Shown: positions 49,261-61,329 of the stretch, one piece after another
Numbering within the stretch: position 1 is the stretch's first letter
Layout: the number at the start of each line of letters is the position of its first letter
Assembly (NCBI RefSeq): GCF_006345805.1
Contig: NC_043009.1
Coordinates: forward strand, 17,670,001 to 17,734,000
DNA: 64,000 nucleotides
Source: Octopus sinensis
Lineage: Eukaryota
Direction: 5' to 3'
Position numbers and translations under genes: made by a program
The notes under the pieces: model-generated
What the model was told of the DNA's origin: nothing
Databases searched by the model: none
Seen by the model: the letters and a program-made list of their open reading frames with translations, nothing else

Positions 49261-51269
49261 ATCTAAAACTAATAAAATGATATAATACTAAGATTATGAC
49301 ATTAATTTCATATTTGTTTTAGTTAGGTTTTTTACTCTAATTTGTAATTGATAAAACTGAGATGCTTTGATAAAATATGATCAGTAAAAATTTAAACCGG
49401 TAAATTGAAATATCTGAAAGAGGAATATGAATCAAAATTCATTTTTTAAAGAAAATATTCAAATTTAGATAGTCAAAAAAATGACTCAATTTGAATTTCA
49501 ATTTCACATTAAAAATCTTTCTCACTAAATACAAATATCTCAGATGAAATTTCAAACTGCAAACATGTTTATAAAATCATCACTTCTATAAAATAAACAT
49601 GTATAGAATGAGATCTTTCTCAAAAGTTGCTAATATGCTCTATAAATTCACATAGCCACATAAGGGACATGAAAATCAACTACAATGTTCAACTATCAGC
49701 TGAAGCACAAATTATGTACAGGGATAGGGTACCTTTCATCCTCAAAAACAATACAAATTAGATTCTATAATCCTTGATGCAAAATATATATTATTAGAAA
49801 TCAGGGAGAATGATGCGAGGCTACGGATAAGATTCACAGCATTTAGACCCTTCTACCATCAATATTTCTGCACTTACACATGAACATCAACTCTCTCTCT
49901 CTCTTTCTCTCTCCAATGAAACTTAAATATCAATGTTGAGATGTTTAGTGTAAACAACTTAGCAAGACATGTATTTGACAGCACACAAAGATGGCTCTAG
50001 CTGTCAGCTATCATCATCTGCTTATTTGTGTTATCAAAATTTTCTGAATTGATAATGAGGGTAAGACGCAAAACATTAGAGTACAATTTTGTCTTGAAAG
50101 TTTTATATTTGATATTGCATCAGTAATAGAATAAAATGATCAGAATTTCAGAAAAACAGAACATTAATCCTTGCAACCAACTTGGTTGAACCATTATCAC
50201 TGTTGAAGGTTCCACCAACACTAATTCATTCCAATCTATGCTTTTATAGGGTTAGTGGATGAAGGAGCCAGTAACTAAGATTGAATTCTTGCAACAAAAT
50301 GCACTTCACCATGGGCTGCAAGATAAAGTCTTCCACTGTCCGTCCAGTGGGTTTCTGCACAGCTTCTGTCAACTTAATTTCACTCGCAAAGCTTGGGCTG
50401 ACTTAAGGCTGTGATAGAAGATACTTAGCAAAAGTGCTGCACAAGGTAACTGAACTTGAAATGACATTATTGCAAAATTTCCTGACTACATTACCACATT
50501 TTATTACACTACTGTTCTGTTAACTTAGCATATCTTGTTTTAGTGAGGCTAAGAAGAATTAAAAACTGCAGACTACTATTAACTTGTTGATGAAGGATTG
50601 GTAGACATCTCATAGAGTAAAATACTTCAGTGGTTGAAGATGATTCTTTTCATTCAGTGTTTACGGCTGATTTTTTGATATAGCTGTCCAGTCATTTCAC
50701 AAATGGAATGAAAAATAAACAAATAGTAACAATTTATCATGCAATAAATGCTATTATTAAATGTTTAGACATGGGAACTAAATAGTGCCTGGTGGTGTTA
50801 AGGTAGTCAGTAAATCCTGTATTGATCAACAAGATGTCTGGGAAATGCCAGCAAGGGAATGACAAAAATGCAATTGGGTGAGGCTAATAGTACATCTCTA
50901 AACATTTCAAGATAACTTAAAGATACTGAAGAAAGTGAGATTTCCCATTCACTAGCAATCAAGAGATTGTATCTCAATGTAATGTACTTATTCCATAATC
51001 TCCACAGTTCCCAGCACCTGTTGCTATATTAACCAACCATCCAACCAACCATCCAACCAACCAACCAGCCTGCCTGCCTGTCTGCCTGCCTACCTATCGG
51101 ATTGGCTGCTGTTTGCATCATCTTGTGTAAGTTCATATATTTTGTCATGTTTGCTTATGTAGACCTGTATATGTTTTCGTCAGAAAGATTCCTGATAACA
51201 TCTGCTTGGCCTCGAAAATTTGCCCTTTAAGGGGCCAATTTTCATATTGCAAAATCTTGTCTCGTAAAT

Positions 51270-53870
51270 ATTTTCATCTGTTTGGAAAACAAACATGGAC
51301 AGTTCAGCTAACAGTGGCAGCATTCCTGTGCTCCAGTTAGAAATGGAATTCTCTCCATTACCTTCACTGAGCACATCAAACAAAAAAGAAAACATTGATG
51401 CACTCACACACACACAAACACATTTGAACGACAATACGCATACTGACACAAGCTTTCCTTCTGAACAAGTGAGAAGGGAAAACAAAAACAACGAAAACAC
51501 TCATAAAACAATAAGCAGTGCAACCATGACTATCACTTCTCCTGTCACCACCACTATCACTTCTGCCATGAAAACTGCTACGAACAACAACAATGTCACA
51601 GACAAACTAAATAATTTTGCTTCTGTTTTAAAGCAAAAGAAATATTTAATGTGCTTCTCAAAGGAAGAACTTCTATAATGCAAATAAATATTATACAAAG
51701 AAGAAAGAACCATTAAGCTGAACACCCCATGAAGCATTTTGCAAGACATTTCCAAAAAAAAACCCATTATTTACAAAATCTTGAACACAAAAAATAAAAG
51801 ATTAGAACAGGACACTCAAGAAACAGTTGAGAAATGTCTACAGCCCATATGGACTTTTAAAACAAATATTGCAAGAGGCAAAAGATTTGCTACAATTGAG
51901 GTAAGGTTTGATATGGAAGAATGTGCAAAGGAACACTCAACAAAAGCCTGAAATGTGAGGGAATTTATAATGATTCCCACTTACCACAGTCAAAGGTAAA
52001 AATTAAAGATGTGCCCCCTGAAATAGAAATAAAATGGCTGGTATCAGCCATCTGTTATGATTTTGTGGATGAAATCAACATCTTACAAATTGCCTCCCTG
52101 GAACAGCAAAATTGGATTGGACAAGGGTTGGATTTATAAATTCAAGCAAATCAGGAGACAATCGAAAATCTCCCAGATTTGATTCAACTTCCAGATGGCA
52201 CAAACCTACATGTGGCCGTTGAAGGCAGAAGGCCATGTTCCTACCTTTGTGGTAGCAGATATCATCTCAAAAAAGACTTCCATCTAGTAAAAGAAAAAGT
52301 ACAAGAAGAACAACAACAAAACCAAAAACCCGAAAGGCAAACCAGCACTGCTACCCACACAGCCAGAGCAGCACAACTGATAAAGCAAATGAAAGAGCTC
52401 CACCAACCAAAAAGCCAGTCCAACCAAACAACACCACCATCAGCCCACCCAGTATAGAGACAACACCATCACCACCAACAACAACAAAGAATCCAACCCA
52501 GAAGAAAAAGGGGAAAATAAAAGAAGAGACACGCAATCAAACAAAGCAAGGAAATTCACCGCTCCTGAGAACACAACTCACACACAAAATAAAAACACTA
52601 AAAACACACAAACACCAAATAGTCCCCCACAATGCTGACAGAAATAAACACAAACAATTCAGACCTAATGCAATACATTAGGTCCAAGCAACAACATAAC
52701 AGAAGACAATGTCAAAACAAACAATCACCCACGCACAACACCACCACAGCACATAAAAATAATATACGTGACACAAAACATGCACAACACACTGAAATCC
52801 CTCTACCCTGATGCAGTAGGGAGATTTCAAATGCACTTATCAAAAAAATATACAAAAACTTCCTGAGAGAAGATTGTGAGGAAGAGAATAACCAACTTTC
52901 TAACAGTAAGTGACTCTCTCCCTCTCTCATTCTTTTCCTTTTTCTTTCATGTGTAAAGCACAACTTTCGATTGGAACATGCTTAGAATAGGTTTTATAAA
53001 TATGAGTGTCTTAGAAGCAAGGCTACCTGTTAAATGACATCAAGTCACAAAATATGCATATCATAGCCATCAGTGAGACCAGACTCCACAACCTGTAGGC
53101 CCTCCAGTACATCTTTGGCAGACAATTCGACATTTATTTTTCTCCGTGTCTGCCAAGAATGGGTGGAGGTGGTACTGCAGTGCTTTTTCAGAAGAGTCTG
53201 GACCTCAGAGTAAGATCAACAATCTTAGACCTGGAGGGTAGGTTGGTCGGCTTGGATGTCGATGGCAGTAATGGGTGTGCTTTTCGACTGATGCACCATT
53301 TATGTACTGTCCTTAACAGGTCGACCAGATTTCTTTCAATATCTAGAGATTTTCCAGTGAATGTCTCACCCTTTACTTTTAGTAGGGGATTAGAATATGT
53401 GGGTAGATATAGGAATAGGATGGGATTTAAATGCCGCAAAGACCTGCTCAGACATTTCCACCTGTCTGACAGGTACCCACTGGATCACCCAAATGTGCCA
53501 GTGTGGACATGGAGCAACCGCACTGGGTCATCCAGATCGTATTTAGATAGAGTATTCTGTTGGACAGTGGATAAGGATAGTGCAGGTTGTCCACAATTTC
53601 ATATAGTCAGCTACACAGATCACAAATTTGTTACTTGTATGCTTGACTTAGATAAGAATCATAGGTAGAATCACAGCGCCACAGGCTTACAGATGCGAGA
53701 TTAGCTCATTAGTTAAGAGGACATTGATGAGAGCCATCGTCAACAATAGATGCTGGTATGCCCTAAAGAAAGCAATTAAAGCAGAATTGGTTAGGTACAG
53801 TAAGGTTCTAGTGATAGATCGAAATAGAATAGAGGGAGAGCTAGATAAAAAATTAGAAGAGGCACACAGA
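51270..53870 (+). mobile_element. Tx1/L1-like LINE relic: gag-like ORF1 and ORF2 endonuclease, 3'-truncated
   Basis: KVKIKDVPPEI..VEGRRPCSYLCGSRYHLKKD (decayed zinc knuckle); GGGGTAVLF..DLEGRLVGLDV..SRSYLDRVF..TDHKFV. Confidence 0.7.
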
Positions 53871-55154
53871 ATTTATGGAAATATTAAAAGCTAAAATAAG
53901 ACTAATCAACACCCAGGATGAATGAAAAATTAAATGTAAACATAAACTGAATTGCCTATTTAATAAGATGAGATAACGTTTGATTCTTTAGAAAATAAAT
54001 AAAACCCTAATTTTAAATCAAATAAAATTTAATCATAATAATTAGATATAATGTATAATCACATTTTATTATTTAGTATAACTAGAATATATCTACTTAT
54101 TCATATATAAATGTAAGATAATATTTAATTAACTTCAAATTTCAGAGATTTTAGTTTCTTAATAAAAATCTATAGTATAATATAAGATGGAATTATTCTA
54201 AACTTTTAATCTTAATTTAGAAATTCAAGTTTAAGACTAACGGCAATTTTAAGAATAATAGTATAATCAATATGTATCAATTGCATTATAATTATAAAAA
54301 TAATAAAAAATTGGATTTTTACTGATTTTTACTAATTTTACTGACTTTTACTTATTTCAAAATATTTTTAGATATTTTAAAATTATATATTGAGTAATTT
54401 AGTTTACCTATTTACCGACCTAGAAATTTATTATTTATCAAAGTTAACATAAAAATAAATTAAATTAACCAGAAAAAAAAATTGGACTATTCCTCTCATA
54501 CACTCACTTCTGGCTTCTCCTGATTTATTATTATTATAAATAATAGAAAATAACTTTTAAGAACTTTTAAAAGTTAATAAGAATTATCTCCCCTACAAAG
54601 TAGCTCTTAATGTTGAATTATACAATTGTTGGTAGCCATGTTTAATTCATGGAAAGAAAATTACCATACAGGTAAGTTAACATTTCTTTTTACTAACATT
54701 TCTTTTCCCTACTTTTATTCCACATTTCTGTTCATTATTTACTAAAGTAAAATCATTCCAACAAATTCTAGTTATATAATTTTTGTTTTTCATGTCTTAA
54801 TATACGATGTAAATAGCAAAATAAGTTCATATAAGATAGATATAAGTTCATATAAGATTGGCAATATACTCATTTTAATATGATATTGTATTTAGAGACA
54901 TTCTATTTCAGCAATATTGAGGAATACATTGTCATGAAACGTGTGTAGCCTACATAATGTAAAGCATATGATTTGAAATAAGAATTGAAGGTATTATTTT
55001 GGATAATTTGGAATAAGAATTGTAAGTACTAATTTTGGTAATTTGAATATTTAGTCCTATATGTACCTATCGTGGATAATGTCATTCAATGATGATTGAG
55101 TTGCTTGAGGGTGATTCTGTCTCTTAAACCTATGTATCTATCTATATATAGATG

Positions 55155-55190
<36 letters not shown>

Positions 55191-55192
<2 letters not shown>

Positions 55193-55274
55193 ACAAGGAT
55201 ATCCAGAGGTAATGCAGTACGATTGTTTCATGCATGAAACGATCGTACTGCATTACCTCTGGATATCCTTGTTG
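55191..55274. repeat. 84-bp near-perfect palindrome with no loop
   Basis: Two 42-bp arms; single mismatch at 55224/55241. Confidence 0.98.
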
Positions 55275-55439
55275 ATTATTTTGATTCTAATCACCTTATT
55301 TTGAAATTGTATGGATAATGCCATACTAAATTCTGGTGCCTCAACTTAAGTACTATATTCATCTGAATCTATATATATATGTTTTTATTCTTTTATCTTT
55401 TACTTATTACAGTCATTAGATTGTGGCCATGCAGGGAAG

Positions 55440-57440
55440 TGACAAACACCTAGATGCATACATAGAGACAATCTCTTAATTCCCTCTCAACACACACAAA
55501 TGCAAACAGAACCTCCGCAGAGGAAAAAAAAACAAGCCTTACAAAAACTAAAATATGACAAGTCGATCATTTTAAAAGAAGCTGACAAAGGTGGAGCAAT
55601 AGTAATTATGGATACAGATTACTACAAAGAAAAGATACTGGAGATGCTTAACAACATACTATAAAGAGGAACCAACACCACCAGAGAAAGCAACAATAAA
55701 AAAAATTGGAACATTAGTCAATGAATACCAGGACTCCTTTACAGACAAGGAGAAAGACTATCTATGCAACTCAAGAGCCAAAGAAAGCAATTTTTATGGA
55801 TTACCTAACGTTCATACAGAGAGCCATAAAGGAACAGAGGAACCATTATATAAGAATACAAAGGCCCAGAGACCTCACAATGAGACCAATAGTTGCAGGG
55901 CCCCAGGCGCCAACACAGCAATTAAGCCACTTCATAGATGTACTCCTCAAACCTTTATGTCCACTGATACCAAGCTACATAAGGGATGACATAGACTTCC
56001 TCACACACATTCCAAATACAGTTCCGGAAAACACTATACTTGCAAGCTTCGATGCCACAAACTTATACACGAATATACCACACACCCTGGGTCTGGAAGT
56101 GATAAAACAATGGGTAGGAAAATACAGGGAACTCATAGATAAACGTTTCAAAACAGACTTTATCACCAAAGCCACCCAATTAATACTTGAAGAAAACATT
56201 CTCATTTAACAACAAGACATACAGACAGAAAAAGGGCATGGCTATGGGTACAAAATTTGCACCTTCATATGCCAACCTGGTGATTGAGAACCTGTTCCTT
56301 GAGAACAAACTATACGATGAAATAGGGAAAGTCTTCGAACACTACTTCAGAGAAAGCATCAAGAAAAAGAGGAAATGCTACTTCGATGACTCTTTCATCT
56401 TTTGGAACAGATCAGAAGATCTACGAACATTCCTCAACATCCTCAACACACTGCATCCATCTATCAACTTCATGAAAGATACCAGCCACAACGAACTTCC
56501 CTTCTTAGACATCAACATCAAGATACACAACTCCATTGTCACAACAGATATCTACTACAAAAAAACCGACACACACCAATATTTAAATTTCTACTCCTGC
56601 AACCCATCCCACATAAAAAGAAACATTCTATATAGTATGGCAAGATGCATATGCATCATAGTGACTGACTCACAAATACGCCAAATAAGACTAAATGAAC
56701 TTTAAAATTTCCTACTAGAACAGAAATACCCACTCAAATTAATAAAGAACAGAATCTCAAGAGCAATGAAACTGGACATCACACATCTCAGAACTAAAAA
56801 AAACCCCAAAAAACAAAGAAAACATCATCCCTTTCATAAACACACACAACCCTTGAGTTACCAACATATTTCAAATTGTACATTCAAACTTACCAATAGT
56901 CCTACAAAGCCCCAAAGTGGGAAACCTATTAAACAAATATTGCATAAAAAACAGTAAACGCCAAGTGAAAAACCTGAAGAAACAACTAACAAGGACAAAA
57001 TTCTCATCAGAGACTAAAACCGAAATTTTTGTAAAAGTGTGTGGAGATGGTAGATGTGGAATCTGCAGTAACCCCATCTACAAATATATAGAGGGAAACA
57101 GACAAATAAAATTTAAGAGTGGTCACGCATTCGAAGTAAATGCAGACATGAATTGCAAGACGCAGAACGTAATATACTGCGTAACCCGTCCCACACGCGA
57201 GGAGAATTATATAGGCGAAACTGGAAATTCTTTCTGCCAACAAACCAGAATTCACCGACAACATATCCAACAGGAGGAACTGTGAAAGATTCCACTGAGT
57301 AAACACTTAGAAACATGTGGAAAAGGAAAGATTTAAGATCTTTCCCTTCTATCATGCCCAAGGAATGACATCTTCTTCAGAAAAAATATGTAATAATACT
57401 TCATAACAAAGTTCTCCCCCAAACTGAATGGCTGAAAATA
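55440..57440 (+). mobile_element. Penelope-like retroelement (RT + GIY-YIG), frameshifted
   Basis: EADKGGAIVIMD; RPIVAG; ASFDATNLYTNIPH; GMAMGTKFAPSYANL; YFDD at 56379-56390; VIYC...YIGETG at 57169-57226. Confidence 0.9.
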
Positions 57441-57646
57441 TGAAAATCACAGCAACTTCCCTATAAACCTATCTAGAACTATTAGCTTAGTCTGTATAAT
57501 AATGTCCTCACAATGTACAAGAAATTGTATGCATATCTGTTTCATTGCACTCATTCACAAATCACTTTCCCTTGTACATTATTGCTCATCCTAATATCTT
57601 CATTTTGGTAAAGAATTGTTCCTTATCTTCATTCCTCTGGAATATA

Positions 57647-59255
57647 CAGTGGGGGGAAATAAATATTCGTACACGTCAAAATTCTTTATTTATTTAATTT
57701 ATAATGAACATAAATGGGATATACCAATATTATATATGCATACACATGCATAAACTAAGAATATGCAAAAGAAACTAATAAATTATAGTAACTAATGAGT
57801 TTATATACAATTATGAATATTTAGGGGTGAAAAAGTATTCGTACAGAACATAAACAACTGATAATTCTGATTTAATACTTCGTAGTATAACCATTATTCA
57901 GTTCCACTTCAACCAATCTCTTCTTGTAGTTCTTAATCAATGACTTGCATGTTTCTTTAGGAATTTTTTCCCACTCTTCTTGACAAATTTTCTTCAAATC
58001 TGCAATGCACGCTGGGGCTCTTGAATGAATTTAAATTTTCAAATAATGCCACAAATTTTCAATGGGGTTCAAGTCAGGTGACTGGCTTGGCCATTCTAAT
58101 AATTTTATATTGTGATTGACAATCCATTTTTTGGTAGACTTCGCCGTGTGCTTAGGATCATTATTCTGTTGTAAAACCCACCCTTCACAAAGCTGGAGCT
58201 TTTCTACAGAGTCCCATTAATCATTGTTCAAAATATTTTGGTACATCTCTGCATTCATTCTACCATCTATCACATGTAAATTGCCAGTACCATTTGCAGA
58301 GAAACACCCCCACACCATGATGTTGCCACCTCCAAAGTTTATGGTAAGAATTGTGTTTTTCGGAAAATAGGCGGTACCATCTTTCCTCCGAACATGGGTA
58401 CGCGAATTTCGTCCAAACGATTCAATTTTCGACTCGTCTGTCCATAGAACATTTTCCCAGAATGTATCAGATTTATCTTTATGTTCGTAAACAAATTTTA
58501 AACAGGTATCTCCATGCCTTTTAGTCAACAGTGGAGTTTTTCTAGGAGAGCATGATTTCAGTTCATTCCTATGAAGTTCATTGCTGATTGTTTGTAGTGT
58601 AACATTAGTCCCTGAAGCTAACAAATCTTCTTGCAACTCCTTTCTGGTGATCATTGCGTTTTTTTCAGATTCTGCGCTTCATTTTTCTTAAAGATCAAGG
58701 GGAAATCTTGTGTGGTGCACTAGATCTTATTCTGTTTTCAACAGTTCCCGATATTTTTATATCTTTGAATAAATAAAGACATGGTAGAAAATGGAATACA
58801 AAGGGTCTCTGATATTTTCCTGTAACTTTTACCTGCTTTCCACCATTCAATAATTAAGTTTTTCACTGAATTTGTGAGTTCTTTACTTTTCGCCATTATT
58901 ATGATACTACCTTATGTTGTCTCAATGCTGAATGAAGAAGCTAGCGTTTTGAAACTTAAAAATGAGAACTGATAAGATTATTGGAATAAACGAGAAAGTT
59001 CTAGTAAAAAAAAATTATTTTAACAGTATTTTGTGGCATACAAAATCATAAATTTATTCTGTACGAATACTTTTTTCACCCCTAAATATTTATAAATGTA
59101 TATAAATTCATTAGTTACTATAATTTATTAGTTTCTTTTGCATATTCTTAGTTTATGCATGTGTATGCAAATATAGTATTGGTATATCCCATTTATGTTC
59201 ATTATAAATAAAATAAATAAAGAATTTTGACGTGTACGAATATTTATTTCCCCCA
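57647..59255 (-). mobile_element. Tc1-family transposon with about 205-bp IR/DR terminal repeats
   Basis: TA|CAGTGGGGGGAAAT left end; mirrored TIR at 59050-59255; outer and inner direct repeats ..TATTCGTACA. Confidence 0.92.
57872..58896 (-). pseudogene. Tc1 transposase pseudogene
   Basis: MAKSKELT..; WTDESK; IMVWGCF; QQNNDPKH; [11 protein letters not shown]; frameshifts. Confidence 0.9.
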
Positions 59256-59450
59256 GTGACCTCGTGTGTATCATTGGGGATTTTTTTTCCTCTGACTTCC
59301 CTTCTCTGGATCTTTCCTTCTCCTATGTTTCCGATGAAGAGCTCCGATCGAAACGTAAACCCTCCTTCTTTCCTTCTTTCCTGAGCATCCAATAATACTA
59401 TATTTGTTCCACGTCCTCACGTTGTGTTTTTTTGTGCTTTCTTGTTTGGA
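59256..59450 (+). mobile_element. Penelope-type terminal repeat fragment with a degenerate hammerhead-like core
   Basis: CCGATGAAGAGCTCCGATCGAAACGTA at 59331-59357. Confidence 0.45.
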
Positions 59451-59844
59451 TTAACTTTATATATATATATATATATATATATAGCTGTGACTGGTGAATT
59501 ACTATTTCTGTAATGATTTGTACTGGATGAAGGACCAACTTTGTAAACTGTAATTTGTATTAAACACACACACACAGTACTATACATATGTGCATATACA
59601 TAAATAGAAACAATCTTACATCCAGAATTTCCCACCCATAGCAGCACAGGAATCAAACATTGAACAAGGATGATGATGATGATAAATCCAGACAATTCTT
59701 TTTAAAATAATTTTTATTAACTAACTTGTCACCTTCTATTGAAAGAACTGACCAGCTGTATAGATGTAAACACATTTTTTCTTCTTCCTTTCTTCCTTCT
59801 TTCCTTCCTTCTTTTTTCCATTGACACTTCTTTCAGATACACAG

Positions 59845-59881
<37 letters not shown>

Positions 59882-60112
59882 CACTTTCTCCCCATTCCTC
59901 AACATCTTTTACTATCCTATATCTCTCTCCACCCCTACACACTCAATAATACTATAAAAAGAAACAAATCCCAAATTCAAATCTGAAGAATCTACTAGAG
60001 TTGATGCAAGCACTATTATATGATTTATAAAAACATGTGACATATTAATAAAAAATCTGTAAATGTACAACCATCCAGATTTCTGAGTATCTTATTTTTT
60101 CTAATATATATA

Positions 60113-60172
<60 letters not shown>

Positions 60173-60176
<4 letters not shown>

Positions 60177-60495
60177 AAATTGAGGGAATGGAGCAGGTAA
60201 AATCTAAGCTAATATGTTTACTAGCTGGCAGATCCTCAGAAGTAATAATTACTCAGTGAGTATACCCCTACTAACTACTCATCAGGCTGAAGATACCTTA
60301 GATATATAAAGGTTATTTTAAAATTATATCTCCAATGAGTTAACTTGGGATTCCTTAACGACAGTGTTACCTTCATATAACTATGGTATCTTTGGCCTGA
60401 TGAGAAGCTAGTTAAATACTTCTCATTCTGTAATTATTACTTCCAGGAAAACTAGACAGCCTGGATTTTACCTGTTCCATTCCCTCTATATGGAT
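60173..60495. mobile_element. MITE/fold-back element with about 120-bp imperfect TIRs
   Basis: ATCCA..GAGGGAATGGA.CAGGTAAAATC and GAAGTAATAATTAC and CTCATCAGGC..AAGATACC mirrored on both arms. Confidence 0.7.
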
Positions 60496-60699
60496 TTTTA
60501 TTTGTATTCATAGCAACCCTAGCTGCTAACCATGAACTATAAAAAAATGCTTTTATCAGCTTATCACAATTTGATATGGGAAAAGCCTACAACCTTCTAT
60601 ACCAATAAACTATTATTGTTTCTGAAATTTGTTTTTCACACATAGACTGCTTGAAACTAACTAACTTTTCACACCTACATCCTTGGATTTTACAATTAC

Positions 60700-61015
<316 letters not shown>

Positions 61016-61029
61016 GTGAGCTTTCTTTT

Positions 61030-61325
61030 CAGATGTATAGTGCTGCTGGCCCCCATCCCAGGGTCTTGCTGGCCTACACCTTCCACACCCTCAGACTTGG
61101 CACACTTAATGTTGGCACATTGAAAGGTAGGTCTAGTGAGATTGTTGAGATGCTTGAATGGAGACATGTGGATTTGTGCTGCATCCAAGAGGAAGTTCTG
61201 CTAGATTCCTCACGGGCAAAGAACATAGGTATAAAATTTTCTGAGTAGGGAACACTGATAGGGTTGGGGGCATGGGTATACTACTTGCAGAGAAATGGGT
61301 TGATAAGGTAATGGAGGTAGTTTGA
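61030..61325 (+). mobile_element. RTE LINE endonuclease N-terminal fragment
   Basis: LRLGTLNVGTLKGRSSEIVEMLEWRHVDLCCIQE..GILLAEKWVDKV. Confidence 0.9.
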
Positions 61326-61329
61326 AGGG

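Noticed and set aside
53875-55140. Very AT-rich block as a possible NUMT or organellar insert
   Set aside because: No mitochondrial gene, rRNA or tRNA motif recognised; better explained as a decayed repeat
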